Source: Setoptus koraiensis
Taxonomy: Eukaryota; Animalia; Arthropoda
DNA: 64,000 nucleotides
Direction: 5' to 3'
Assembly (NCBI GenBank): GCA_048013815.1
Contig: CM106586.1
Location: 12,772,001-12,836,000 of the forward strand
Shown here: positions 46,855-61,236 of the stretch, one piece after another
Layout of the letters: each line of letters begins with the position of its first letter
Numbering within the stretch: position 1 is the stretch's first letter
Made by a program: the position numbers and the translations under genes
Notes under the pieces: generated by a model
Database searches by the model: none
What the model was told of the DNA's origin: nothing
What the model saw: the letters and a program-made list of their open reading frames with translations, nothing else

Positions 46855-49800
46855 GGCCCCCATCGGAGTGATTGAGAGTCTGAATTTCAGACACAAATTA
46901 GTGGGAATCCCATCAATTACGTTCAAGTCTGGGTCGTGGGGACAAAAAGAAAATGCCCGAATTGAGCGTTCATTGAATTTCTCCGGTCTTGTTCTGGCTT
47001 GTTGCGTTACGTTTGGCGCGATATGATCTGGTCTGAAAATCATATCAGCAGTTATGATCTTAGTAATATGCTGCTGTCACGCCAGCTGGTGTGTGGCGCG
47101 TTTTTTTCCCAGAATGGCCCACTACTGCTTTTGTGGCTTAGTCACCTGATTACTGGGGTCCCTGAATAGTAATCGTATCATATAATAGGTAATGGCGAAA
47201 TCATATGCAAGTATCAGTCTTAAGTGGCATAATTTGTATGGTAAGCGATAGTTTGAGTTAGCTATATAACAATTCATTGCCGACAGGCGGATATTTGTGT
47301 GCGTGTGTTTGGTTATATAATGTTTTGGACACGCTGTAGTGTAAACGGATGATGGATCTTTGTATGTAAAGTGCACAAAAATAGAGCACAAATAGCAAGC
47401 AATTTGAATCACAACCAGCGACTGATATTCATTTGAGACAGTGACGATCAATGGAATAGTGACACCATGATGATCAATGATGAGCCATTGATCTATCCAA
47501 TTCCGCAAATGAATGGATGATTTATTACACATTCTACTCTGCGCTTGCACTTTAGTGTCTAGCGTCTGGCTGATACCCACAGATAAGATCCGTGCGGTAT
47601 ATCTATGACACACAGGCACACATCTTCTTTTATTCGAGCGAGTGAGCGAGCGAAATAAAACAATTTTTACTCTCATCGCTTCACTCGTCGTGTCTATGAT
47701 ATTCGCCATTGAGTTGGCCGCTTCTTTTTGGAGCCCCCCGCTCTCTGTGTCCCCCAGGCCAATCTGTGCGGGTCTAGCCCGACTGTGCGGGCCTGGCCCG
47801 ATCCCTTGCGGGGATTCTCTCAATCTCGCGCACCCAGGTATCACTTTTGCACCACTAGCGACAATCTGATGTGAAGTTAAGTACAAGTGTAATGCACTAA
47901 TAGGCCCGCCAGAGGTATCGAAACGACTACAACGTCAACAAATGGGGTAAACAAATTCACCGACTCTCGTGCCGTGTTGCCGATGTGTCTCCCCGATATG
48001 GGCTCAAATTTGAGTGAGTTATATCTGTTGTTGGCTCTGGGGGAAAGAGCGCGCGCGCGAGCTCATTTGCATGATGGGCGAATGAGCTCGTGATTTGTTG
48101 GGCCCGACGAAACTAGAATTATTCGCCGGCGTCGCGCTCGATAATAAACTGATGGTGATCGATGGCCATCATCGACATGCACGCTGATAATAACAGCAAC
48201 AACAACACAATAGATAGTTACCAAAATAGTTTTGTTCCGCCTTGTTACATAAACACACTTTTTCACAAGAGCACCGCAGAGGAAAAGAAAAGTCGCTCGC
48301 TTGCTGTGGACAATGGCGCCCAATCGTTACCGAAATAAACTGACCGAAACCGACACAAACCGAAACTGATATAAACCGAAACTAACAGATATGAGAGCGA
48401 CTAATTGTTACTAATGGAACGGGAGTGGACTTGTGCTCGATTTTTGTGTGTTCGCGGCATCCGGTCCGCAACTGGCCGGCGTGCCCTATTCATTGCATCA
48501 CTCGCAAGCCATTGTAGCAATACACTGGTGATAAATGGTGATGCGGTTCGGGTGCTCGCGATAATTTCTCACCAATTCTCGCCCCATTGTGTTCGAACAA
48601 GCAAATTTTCAGCCTAGAGCTATTTGCGGCCTGACAACAAATATCGGCTTGCAACAACAGCAATTCGGGTTGCGAACACGCCCAGCGCGGGCGCCCAAAG
48701 GGCTTATGACGGTCAACGGGGGCGTGAAAATACCAAATGGCTATGGGGGCGACATTTCGATGTCGGGTGTTGTTGGTTTGTAACAGGCACGCACAGGTAG
48801 TTAGTTAGTTTCGAGTGATGGGTGCGCGAGAGAAAAAAAAAATTCCGCGTATACGATTGACGAGCAGGCGACCAACAAGCGTTCGGAAAAAAACTTTATT
48901 TATTTCCCCCCGATGTAATTGCTTATTATCGCATGCACTGTACGGGTAGCGGCGGCGGCGGCGGTGCCGGTGCCGGTGGCAGCAATAACAAACTGAATTC
49001 CGGTTGAAAATAATGAGCTGCGACTAACTAACTATATTTCGAAAAACATGCTATGTGACATTGCTGACATAACACCCATAACAAGTGAGAGCGGCATTAA
49101 TGAGACTCTACATTTATCGAAATTCCGAATCGATATTGCGCGTTTGATAGCGCGTTGGTTTCTTTTATCACGCCTGGCCGGCGCGCCCGTCATCACCCCG
49201 TGACAGCCTGCGAGCGACGTGCCTCTACCGCTCGATGTCGCTCATGTCTGTTGTTACCTGTGAATTGTTGCACCGTCACCTGGGCGCCATAATTGTTTGC
49301 CCGAGGTGCGGAAAAATAGAAGCGCCAACCAGAGGCAACTGCATCTAGAGGCGCTCGTTTGGTTTGCTAAATCAACAACAAAGCGGCTAGCCAAGTGGCG
49401 AAGGCCAGGTCCAGTTATTGACCGTTGCGTCATTATCGGCGCCTTCTACAATAATTATCATCTCTACTAATTGTGTCAATATATTGTGTCACCGGCGGCT
49501 ACAATGTTGTTACATCGCTACGTGACACGTAGCAATCGGCGGCCCGTCGTCGCGCTCGGTCGCGCTAAAATAAACTCGCGAAACGCTGGCTCAGATTAGA
49601 GTACATTCAGGTGAGCAATGACCGGCCCGGCGCCAACATGACATTGGCAATTATTTGTCACCTTGCGCAATCATGTTTATAACGCGGTGTGTAGTTGGTT
49701 TGTCACGTTCCTTATTGAATCAATTGCATGCATCTGTCGGCTGCGTGACTTTTCCAGCAACCAGCAATGCCTGACTCAAATGATTGTTGCGCAATCAAAA

Positions 49801-52434
49801 TGATAGACGCTCTTTGTTCTAGTTGAGCATCCTCGTTATCGAGCATGTGTACTCATTTAAACACACCGGCCGGCCTGCCGCCATTTAACCGGCTGGCCAG
49901 ACGCTCAAATGCCGGCCGGCCGGCCGGCCGGTTATACATGTTATGTAAGGTCGTGTCTTGGGCAATTCGGCCTAAGATTTGTTGGTCGTGTTTGGTCGTT
50001 GTCGTGATGACCCTGAAATTTAGTGTGCTAAAAATAATTGCGTTCCACGGGCAAATTGATTGAATTTGTCCAAGTGATTACATGGCCGACCTGTCCATTT
50101 CGGCCGTGTCGAGCACTCATTTTCGGCTTCAACGGAAGTGACTCGCGTCACTTCGTTACGATCGTTTGAGACATACGACAACAACATTCATTATGTAACA
50201 TTGCGCACGTGCATGATAGTGTGTTTGGTATTTGAGACAACTTTATCACGCGCCACGTTTTGAAACTAAATGCAATTGTGCAAATAATGCGATAATGGTC
50301 ATAGTTTACAATTTAGCACCACAGGGTCGCAATAGGATTCCTTCCGACTGCGAGGGTTCCTCCCTCGCAGTGCCAATCATAGTTTGAACTTTATTCTTGA
50401 AGCAAACATATCATCGATCGATTTCGTACGTTACTGTTCGCTGGCTCATGTACCCAATTTCAATAAACTTTATACAAGTGTTTACAAAAAAAAAAAAAAG
50501 TATACGTACGCATACTTCAATGCGCCTGATGCGTGTCGTTCGTAATGTCTGTCGTTCGTGTCGAGAACGTGATTATTTGCATTATCATAATCGAGCGGAT
50601 AATCGAGGAAAAATTCACTCGTCAAATCACGAGATATTCGTAAAATGACCGGCCCGGCACAAACAGCACATTGCCAACGTGACATTGGCAATTAACTGTC
50701 ACCTTGCGCAATCACGTTTACAGAGTGCATAGAGTAGGAGTCCTCATGTTTCTATCAGCTTGCATTTTATCGTGGCTCTTTCAAAAAAGTTTCAACCATT
50801 GGCCTTCATGTGGACGTAATGATTAAATCAGGTTTTTCCTATTAAATCACGTTTTTCCTATTAAATCATTCGTTTTTTTTCTGATTGATTGAAACCATGG
50901 CTTAAATTGTCAACCATTGTCGCACCATACGTCACACTATGATTCCTGTGACGCATGGTGCGAGCAGAATCCGCATTAAATCCGTTTAAATGATGATTCG
51001 AATCATTCGACTACGACAAGCGATGGTCAGGTGAGGACACCCATAGGCAACACACAAGTGAACATTTTCACTCAAACTAATCAACATGGTTTAGACCATG
51101 GACTTAATCAATGTTGGTCTGAATGGTTGTTATTGCTGATCAATTGCTTGTAGGATCAGCACTCGAATAACTTGGACAGACTTTCGAACATGAATGTGAA
51201 TTCGAACGATACAAACGTTTCATTCGAACATTTTTTTCACTAAAAGTTTGCCTCAATAAAAACCATTCTATCCGGAAATAGTGAATACAATCTGGAAATA
51301 AAAATCATTCTGGCAAAAAAAAAATCCTGTTTCAATTAACAAAAGCCAGAATTGATTTAACCGCGAGTGTTGGTCGAATCCATTTCATTTCAATATTGTT
51401 GGATTTCAATATTGAGAAGCCCTCTCTATTGCGCAATCATGCCCATAAGACATTGTGTTTTCTCCATTTATATCCCTATTTTTGAATCATTTTTTCTAAT
51501 TCGACTACACTGTGGTGTTTGTTGTTGAATAGATAGTAACTATAAATAGTCACTACTTACAAATCACTACTTACTTGTTAAATCTCTGATTACAGTTGAC
51601 AATGACCCAATGACATATAGTAATCAAATTAGACTCAAAATAATAGGTACATACAATGTACTATTAGGTACTATAGTATATACAATGTTTATGCATGAGT
51701 GCGATAACGCATGCGCTGCTTCAAGGGCGTAATATCTAACAACTCTCGTCCATGCTTAACTAGATCTGGTCCAATTCCGATAGATTGGCCTTTTTGGAAA
51801 TTTTCTTTCTGGTTAGTGATTGAGGGAGTAGCAAAGGGAGCTCATCTGGCCCTGTTGCCAGATTTGCGTAGAGGCATCGGTAACAGATGGGAGCGAGGTC
51901 AGGGTAGAGGGTCCCTCGTGCCGGGCACTAGGAGGCTGCTCAGTCGATCAGTCACTACTCAACGGCTATGCCGGCCAGTTGCTGTCCCGGTCCGGCCCGG
52001 CCCGGCCCGGCCGACAGCTGTCTAGCTGGTTCGAGCATCATTAGTGCGCCCATGTTCCTGTTTGCTCGCTGTTGTTGCAGCTTGTATTTGCAGCAGCATC
52101 AAATCAGATAATTGTGCCGCTCAATATGTTACGTAACCAGACTTGTTGGCTGTTTCCTGCTCCTACGCGTGTCCTCTAGTGTAAGCTACTGGTTAGATGA
52201 GGTGAGCGTAGTAGCATGAATTATGTATGTATCACATAATCAATTTGCGCAGCAGCTATAAATAAATATCGTTAATGCAACCATTGCGGCACATGTGCAT
52301 TATGTACAATTGACAGGCCAATTGTGAAATCCGGTCGGCCGTGCTATGCAGCCGTGTTACGTAACATGACACTTGTTCTAGCACGGGCCCAATCTTGCAT
52401 CCTCTCGTGTATTTCGGCCCCTTTCACCTACACA

Positions 52435-52436
<2 letters not shown>

Positions 52437-52510
<74 letters not shown>
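52437..52510. repeat. (CA)n microsatellite, ~37 units
   Basis: Pure CA run. Confidence 0.98.
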
Positions 52511-52514
<4 letters not shown>

Positions 52515-54666
52515 CGTACACGAAACAAGCAGCTAGCTTTTGGAGCTTTTTGGGAGCTATTATTACATCAAGATAACGCCGTTATTCATAACAGGATGCC
52601 GGCTAGCTTGCTTTGCTTGATTTCTACTTGACCAGCCTCTCGCGGGCCTCAAACTGGCGCTATAGGCTGACTCGCTCGCCAGTTCACACCGGCATTCAAT
52701 ATTTCCACTCGCTTACTAGAGACAATTAGATAGAATGATGCACAGCTCAAATCTTGGGTTTTTTCTTGTTATTTACTATTCAGCTGCAGCCCGACGCGAC
52801 AATTCTCTTCTAGCTATGTCACTGATTGTTGAGTGAGGACAACAGTTCAGCACTAATCTGATTAGTCTGGCAATTAATTTTATATGGCCATACATTGGAA
52901 CGGAATTGACGGCAACTGCAAGGCAATTACACTTTTCAAGGTGCTAAAAATATACCGTGCCCGGCACGCGTTAATTGCAGTTGGGCACAACCAAAATTGA
53001 CTGTGGCTTTTTTGCAAATTAAATGACATTAAATCTGGTTAGCTGGGCGACAGAAAGTGCTCACTACTGTGACAGAATCTTATTTTAGGATTATCGTCCA
53101 ACAAATGAAACTGATTGTGGCCACGGTGATGCGTGTATGTCCGCAAGCGCTAATTTGATGTAGATTTAGCCAGCACGAGCATGTTTAAAATTGCAAAGTC
53201 AAACTCTATCGACTTGTGCTCTCACCAACAATCTCTGGTGCTCGCCAGCACCCGCGTTGCACCAACAGCGACCATAATAATTCAGGGTGTCATATTACCA
53301 AGAGGCTGTCTGGAAAACAAGCCACCAATGGGGATACATAAACAATATCAACAGAGAAAACAGTTTGAGAAAACGGTCCCTTGTTTGACACTAAACACAC
53401 GTGGATCAAGATGATTATTTGCCAAGCTACTAGACGAAGACAAGCCAGTGGAACTCGAATTTCGCCACACGATTATTCACACGATATTGTGGGCGACAAG
53501 TGTAGAAACTCGAGCTCGACAGGCTCTATCAACAGTAAACATCGCTTGTCTACCTGTCGCCCGTCCCCTCTGGACAGCACTGTTTGTTATAGAAAAGAAA
53601 TTAATTCAGTTGACAAATTTCAGTTTAACTTAGCTGCGCGTGTTTATCAAGCCAAGCTTACATTACGCACTTCCTGTCCTGCATGAATGATCTTGGTCCG
53701 TAGCGCTTCTTCTAAGAGTGCAAAATTGGTTTTGAAATTGTGTGGATATTGGAAAAGTCTTGCACAGCGAGTCTCTTGGCTTTTTTTCGGGTTGAAATGA
53801 TTGATATGCCAGCGCAGTTTTTGGCGAACCAGTATTTTCAAGCCAAGCATTTTAACTGAAAAACTGTCCCACTGAAATCACTGGACACTTTGAGTAGTCA
53901 ACCTAAGTTTCTGCTGGCCACGCTCGGATCGGTTGCGTTCGTCCTGCAAGAAAGCGGAAAGAAGATATTCTAATGTCTAGGTTGAAAGTGATCGATGTGA
54001 AGCGCCTCAACTCGCTCTCTAACTCATGCTTCGTGGCCCAAAATTAGAGCCGTCCTCACAATGGGCACGAAATTAGGTCTTCTCATTCATTAGTGTGTGG
54101 CTTCGCGATAAATTATTGACAAGCAGTTAGCTCGAGCACCAACTAACAAATATCGTCTGACTGGTTGTTCAACTGTGCAACTTTTCCGATTTGCGCATTC
54201 GTCTACATGCGTACGTATCATACATGATGTATGAACTAGCATCCTATTGCAAGCTGCAGCCTGCTAGCGAGCTATAGTGACTCGCAAAAAGTTGACAGCC
54301 ACGTGACGAAATTATCCTACGCGAGCGATATACGTCGTGTCGCGACTCGCGAGACAGGCTTCAGCGTGGGGGTGGGGGTTGTGCATTATGTATCGTAAGC
54401 TTGCCAGAAAGTAGGGGCGCATAAAAGGATGTGATTAAATCCACCATTTCGATTAGATCCGGACATTCAACCTGAGTCGTCGCGTCTAGTTTCCTGTGAT
54501 GCACAGCTCTCTGTATGGGTTCAATCAGCATAATTGTTCTGCAAATTCCGGCCACACTTTTCACTCGATTTCAGCCACCAATCGCCTGCCAATCACTGCA
54601 ATTACTTGCTGCAGTTGCTACTAATCTAGACCAATTCACCACTATCTGATTTCTGGCTACTCTATA

Positions 54667-54726
54667 CAGGTATTAATCAGATATAGGCACCTATACACGC
54701 CGATTAATACCCGCTTGCGATACCTG
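54667..54726. mobile_element. 60-bp palindromic mini-MITE-like relic flanked by TA
   Basis: TACAGGTAT/ATACCTGTA termini, inner GGTATTAATC/GATTAATACC and TATAGG/CCTATA pairs. Confidence 0.5.
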
Positions 54727-57700
54727 TATCGGCAGGCAGAGAAAAGCTTAGCTGCGGTCGTGAGGGCGACACAACCGCGTTATACCTCAGAGATGGTCTC
54801 TCATAGGGTTTCAGTGTGTGTGTGTGTGCGTGTGTGTGTGTGTGTCGGCTGTTTGCTGACGTCGAGAGGTTCTGGCTCTATATCTTGAGGCTGACAAGCT
54901 CGTGCTGCTTTTGCATAATAATTTCATGGACAAACAGCTGTCAACCTTGCGGAGGCCATCGGCCTCCGCAAAGTTTCCACTCTGTCATCTACTTTGTCAT
55001 CTACTTTGTCGAGTGACACTTTGCAAACAACTCAAGTCATTTTCAATCAAATGATGTCCTAAATTCTGTTGCGCAACCGAAAACACGCAGCCGAAATTCG
55101 GTTAAAAGATTAAATGGTGATTTAGGCCGTTCGCCTTTCGTCATTTGCATTGCACTTTGAATCTAATCAATTATCAATTCATCGAGGCGGCGTTATCACG
55201 TCGGGATTTATGCGTAATATCAATCGTCACTCTGCAATCCAGACCCGGGCAAGGTAAGCCGATAAAAATACGCAAGTTGCCATACAATTTATACTGAACT
55301 GTTTGCGCTTTTGAATTGGACATTGCAGCCACATGAGTGTGTACGGTACAATGAAACTTTATACTCTTGAAAAAAGAAAAATAAAAAACAAGCGTGAGCC
55401 CAGACTGATATCTAGAATAAATGAAGGGCAAGCGGAAAAGATCAAAAAGTACATTGGCTGCCTTCTTCATATAATTTATATAGCAAGAATTTGTGTCCCA
55501 GTCGATGCTAGACAAATGGCTAGACAAATGGCTGAACAGAATGGCTAGACAGAACGGAATAGAAGGGGCCAGCTACTTATTTATTCAGGTTACCTTCGGT
55601 TGGGGTTCATTCAGTGACGAGGGGATCGATTCATTATGGGCCAAAGATCGAGTTCGGCTTTTCGGCGGGACTTGTCACTCGTGACCGATTGATACATCTA
55701 GTTAGGTATGTCTAGGCGGATGATAAAGACATTTGCAATCGGCTCGTTGTGTGCTTTAAATGACACACAAACAAAGTAATGAGCCCGGGAGTATCGCATC
55801 GTCCATGTAACGCGAATCCGGACAATAAAGTTCACAGTCCACTAGTTCAATTGCTAGCTCGGCTAGTTCCTAGTTTAATTAGTTGCTCGCGGGACCTCTC
55901 CTCTCTATAAAAACTGGCGCGTGGTCCACAGTGGGGATGTTAGTTTTGCCCGATCGGAATGTACGTATGTATCCGAAATGTTAATGTGTGTATCCGAAAT
56001 GTTTGTGCCTCTTTCTGGTTTCATCGACGCTGTTAACGCAATCAGTGGGCAATTGGAGCATATTGGTTGTGTTGCGTTGCGTTGTGTTGTTGATGACTAA
56101 GTGAGAGAATCGCGTAAAATGGATTGATAAAACAACAGACAGTTGCTGAAAATCCCATACAAACACATAACAAATAACAATGCACTCACATAACAAACAA
56201 ATCAAAAAAGCAGTGAAATGAAATGCTACTGTTACTCGTTGGGCAGTTGTCACTTACTTAATTGATCGGCACACAATCAATGGAAACCAACTCAATGTCC
56301 AGGTTTGATTTTTATTCTCATCAGTGTGTTCGCAGCGTAGATCGAGCGCACAGTGCTGAAGGGGGCAGCGTTAAAATTGCATCGGAATTGGTGTCAACAA
56401 GATTTTTCAAACGATTTAAGATGAACTGACCGAAAAGAAAAATCAATTGCATAAGGCAACAACGATGGAACTTTCTAGAAAGCGAGCCGGGAGATTATTG
56501 TAGCTCAACCGAGTACATCGATACGATATCACAGTGTGATTGTCTACTAGACAATGTCTAGGCATCGACAAGAGAGATTGTCATAATTGATAAAATCAAA
56601 ATTTAATCAGAATGATTTAATCAGAAAAAAATCTGTCCACGCAACTTTACCGCGCGACGCCATAACTTATTCGCCATCTCGATTGTGAGAAGTTTATTAA
56701 GTAAAGTTTATTTTGTCGCAAGACAAAAGTTTCACTCGCGTTTTCTGCGAGATTTTATTCACTTCTTGTTCCATTTCGCGAACATTCCCCAATTTTCTGT
56801 GCTCGCTTGCCCTCTTTGGACCCTGAAAACTGCCCTCTGTGGAGACTGAAAATCGGCCTGTGTCGACACCCTGAAATTGTGCATTATGTTCTGGGAATGA
56901 TACAAAATACACTAACATCGACTAGATGGGCAGCAGATTTTGGCGCCAGATAAAGTCGATTATCATGTGAAGTCATGTGGCAGACGGCACGACATAGGAT
57001 CAAAAAACCCTTTTCGGCCTGGCACGATTCTTCGCAGGATGTTGCGAACGCTTTCACGCGCGTATCATGTAGATATTATGTGCGTTATATTGGTATTTTT
57101 ACATATACATGGAAATAATTACAATGTGAGCGGTACATGTGAATAGAGTGTGTTTTTTTTTCTCGTTGCTCTGGTAGCCATGAACTAGTTCAGTCATTAA
57201 TGTTAGATCAGCAAGTGCGGATTTAGCATCGGTGCGTATCATCATGTCACGAGTATCTTTTGACGATTTTGATACAAAACCATATGAATATGGTTTAAAT
57301 GATATATTCATATATAAATTGTAACACTTGCAGCCTGTACACTAGACCATTGTTGATAGGATTAACTCTATCTGGCGATGAGAGCACACTGACGAAAGGC
57401 AGACCATTCACTTACAATGGCACTGGCGTTTGCGTGATATATGGCATATGGTGGCGGTTTATCATGCAATCAATTAACCTTAATTATCCCGATGGCTCGC
57501 GAGATAGCCGCTAGTTGGTTGGCAGCTCACTGCAAGTAGTGCAGTAGTCTGCTGCGCTGGATGAGAGGCATGCAACGATAGACCACTAGTTTTGATGATA
57601 AGATGATCAAAAGATGAGATGATGATATGGCGAGATGATGACATGGCGAGACGGCTAGATGATGAGAAATCGTTTCGCTCTGATTGTTGAATGCATCATA

Positions 57701-60460
57701 AACAACACGCAACAAACTATTGTGTGTGTGTGTGCCTATATTTTGATTTGGGGCCGAGAAAAAAGGGCCCCACTGTCGGCCCGTTTGTATATTTTATTTT
57801 CATATCTATTGTCTGTGCCTTTGTCGCCTTTGTGGCGAGTTGCGAGTTCACAATTGCAAATTGCAACATTCAGTGATACGCAATCGGAGCCACATCGGTT
57901 AATCGTTGCCGTGGGATGTGGGGGCGGGGGCGCCCGCTATGATCCGCAAGCTGACAGTAGCGCGACAGTGGCGCCAACAGCAACACCGCCGGTGCTATCC
58001 CGACGTGACGTGACACGGCAATCAATCTGTTCGCGCCTACGCCGCGTCTATTGCAGCTGCCGTTGGCACCGCTGCCAGCAATTGCAATTGCAAGCCGCAC
58101 ATCGCCCAACAATAAACAGGTCGCCCAAGATACGGGGCCCCAGCAGCGCACAGGTGAATAGGTAAACAGGTAGCCAAGTGGAATGGGTTCGGTGCGCGCC
58201 TGCGCCACCTAACCAAAGATGCGACTCGCCGAGATGTTGCAAAACTACAGGAGAGTAGTACATTAGCGAATTAGGTGTTTTTACGCAATTCAATAGTGTG
58301 CGTTCGTTCGGGCCCTCTTTTTCTTCTTTTTTATTCGCTCTCTCTCTCTAATATTGTAAGTGTTTTCATTTTATTCGTGCGTGACACAATAATCTGTCAT
58401 TTAGCGTCTGCAAGCCACATTGTCAATACTATTATTTTTGACAAACTAGTATCAAGTCTAATTGGGCCCCACATTCGGCCTGCTTTGTTTCAGTCGCCTG
58501 TACACTCTCTCATAAGCTTGCAGTTAATCTCTCCCTCTCGCTACCAGCAGCGCTCAGTCAAACAAAGTGAAGCGAAAGTCTCAAAAGTCAACCTTTAAAC
58601 CCGTCAAATTTAATCGCCAGGAGTTCAGTTCAAGTAAGTCAGTACAAAATATTCTTTTCTATAATCATCATTGGTGGATGTTTTTGTTGTTGTTACTGCT
58701 GCTGATAATGTTTACGTTGTTGCTTCTGACGCCGCTGTTTTTGTTATTGTGCGATATGTGCTATTGTTGTCGTTGTCGTTGTTGTTGTTGTTGCTGTTAC
58801 TACTGCCGTTGTTATCGCAATATTTAATGCTGAAATTCTGGAAATCGAATCACATTCTGGCAATAACAATTGGTGACGATCAGAACAAAATTAGAATCTT
58901 CGTAACGATCAAACCAATCAGCTCAAACTAACCAACTAATCAACTTTAATCAACAACGAGCTTTCAGGCAAACTTATGTTGTGCACTGACTGAAATACTT
59001 TTAATCATTGTCTAGTGTCATTATCATGATGATCATTACTAGAGATGGAAGAGATGCTAGATTAGAAAGTGAGACAATACCAAGAAGCAAACATATCAAG
59101 AAATACAGTGTGGCAAAATAATCTCAGCAGATAATCTATTTGTAGTGCCAGGTAAACATTGGTAATTTAATTTAATATTTTTTTTTATTTATATTTTTTT
59201 TTACACAATAACAAAGAATCTAATTGAGTTGTAACCTGGCGCGTTAGCAGTGTCCAATTATTTATGCATGCAAGCATGCATTATTCATGTATTATCGGAC
59301 AAGCTATATTTGTAGTGCACTTGATCTGGATTGAATCAAGTGTGACGATGAAGCTCATTTGATCTGATTAATCTTGATTGGATAATGACAAATATAAGGT
59401 AGTTCACACAAGCGCACCTACTTGGTATGATATTGTCGACATCGAATCACATGATGACACATTGTGTTTGCATTCATTGTTTTTTCCAACTATAAGCCTG
59501 TTAATTGCAAACAGTTTAATAGGTATGTTCATGTTGTGTTCATGTGAATGCTTATATCTAGCTAGCCTAGATAGCTTTTTAATTTGCGGTTTAGCTGGTC
59601 GCTTGTATGGCCAGTAACAGAAATAGAGAGGGAGAGAGAAAGAGAAAGAAAAGGAGAGATTACATGATAGGTTTTATTGGCGTAGCTCACTGAAATAACG
59701 ACTAGAAATAATGACCTCTCAATAATGGTAGTTGTTGAAGCATTCATTTATGTCCCAGTGGCCTGTTTAGCTGACAATTGCTGGAAAATGCTATTGACTC
59801 GTTTTCTTTTCTTTTGTCTCTTTCTAGATATCTTCTCAGTACCTATACGTCTCTTGTGATCTTATCTATACAATGTCAATAAATCATCATTTATGTGATA
59901 CGGATGATATGATTGAATGGATTACAGTAGAGTGCTGTTATCTCAGTTTCATTTTTAGTGATTATAATCACAAGATAGGATGAAAGAGAGTAATATACAA
60001 AAGAAAAATAAATAAAAAAAAAAACAGATAGTCAACATCACTCTAGAAGATTGGTGCAAACGAGCGAATCAAACAGCGAAAGATTGCAATAGTATCGCAT
60101 ACTAGATGAGCCAGAAACAAATAAACGAGGATCTATCTTGCATTGTTTATCAATGTTTATCTGTATGAATATCTCGTTCGATGTTGTTTGATCAACTTTT
60201 CACCGACTGTTTTTCTGATAAGGATAATCCTTTTTGTTTTCGAGAGGGTTATATGCGTCGCTGATATAAACTTTCGGTAATGTTTGTCGGCGCTGCAACA
60301 GCAACAACAGTGAAACAACAACAAAAAAGATTGTATTAAATCAGACATGCGCATAGTTGTATTTGTTGTTCATTAGCTCGATAGGCTCATTTGTTTTAGG
60401 CCATGTCATATTAGGCCGATCCTAATTAAGTTGCACGTTCATTTGCTTGATTTTTGCTTA

Positions 60461-60498
60461 TATAAATTGGCGCTTCACTTAGTTGTCCTATAACATTC
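60461..60498 (+). promoter_or_regulatory. Candidate TATA box and initiator upstream of AstCCC
   Basis: TATAAA at 60461 and ACATTC at ~60493, ~400 nt upstream of the precursor ATG. Confidence 0.3.
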
Positions 60499-60886
60499 GA
60501 CTAGTGAACTCTCAACAACATACAACAGCCAGAGCAACAACAACAACAACAACTGTTACAACTCAATCAGTTAATAGAACTGCATCGGAAAACTATAATC
60601 AATTATCATCCACTCATCAATGCAAATTTTTCGATATAGACTCGAATCTAGCTTAATTGAAATAAAAACTATAGCAACAAAGTTTTCGAAACTTATACCC
60701 GTTTTTACAAATTATTACTGGCATCCTCAATTAAATAAAACTCAATTGTTTATTATATGACATCTTATCTTTAAAGCTTGTGCTAATACCGGACGATTGT
60801 TTCAAGAAAGAGATCACAACACTAAAAACACAATGACAATTATCACAAACAGACATCACACACTGATAAAACAATCTAGACAAAAG

Positions 60887-61081
60887 ATGAGTCAATTAGA
60901 GCGCCAAAATCTAAGTGGTCAATTGTTAGCACTGATAGTCGTCATGAGCATCATGGTGGCGTACGTTCAATCCATCAGTATAGCGGGCACATCGGATAGC
61001 CAAGGCAACAATCATCAGCAACAGGCGTATGGCTTACCACATTATGCTGAGGAGCAGCAACTCATTAAGAAATTCATGCCC
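60887..61081 (+). CDS. AstCCC: Allatostatin CCC precursor exon 1
   Basis: Signal-like LLALIVVMSIMVAYVQS; donor CCC|GTAAGT (phase 0) matches acceptor TTTCAG|GAT at 61237. Confidence 0.85.
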
Positions 61082-61236
61082 GTAAGTTTGTTTGCCAATT
61101 GAAATCGTGTTCGATTGATGCCGATATAGCTAAAAAGATCTAATATCCCAAAATGAGCTCAATTCTTTCTATTTGAACTATTTTATTGACCGCAACATAT
61201 TCTATTCTCAATTGGAAATGATTTTTCATTTTTCAG

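Noticed and set aside
47122-47886. 254-aa minus-strand ORF next to the 3' LTR
   Set aside because: No domain or consistent composition; GTG-type start; could not be tied to the retroelement.
47642-48323. Two opposite-strand short ORFs sharing RNKTI followed by a hydrophobic stretch
   Set aside because: DNA similarity is short and weak and neither ORF has gene-structure support; probably chance.
55333-55490. EKIKKYIGCLL resembling a piggyBac transposase segment
   Set aside because: A single short motif with no catalytic residues, TIRs or TTAA duplication found.
57415-57436. AATGGCACTGG matching the 5' end of miR-263
   Set aside because: Only 11 nt match and no hairpin partner.
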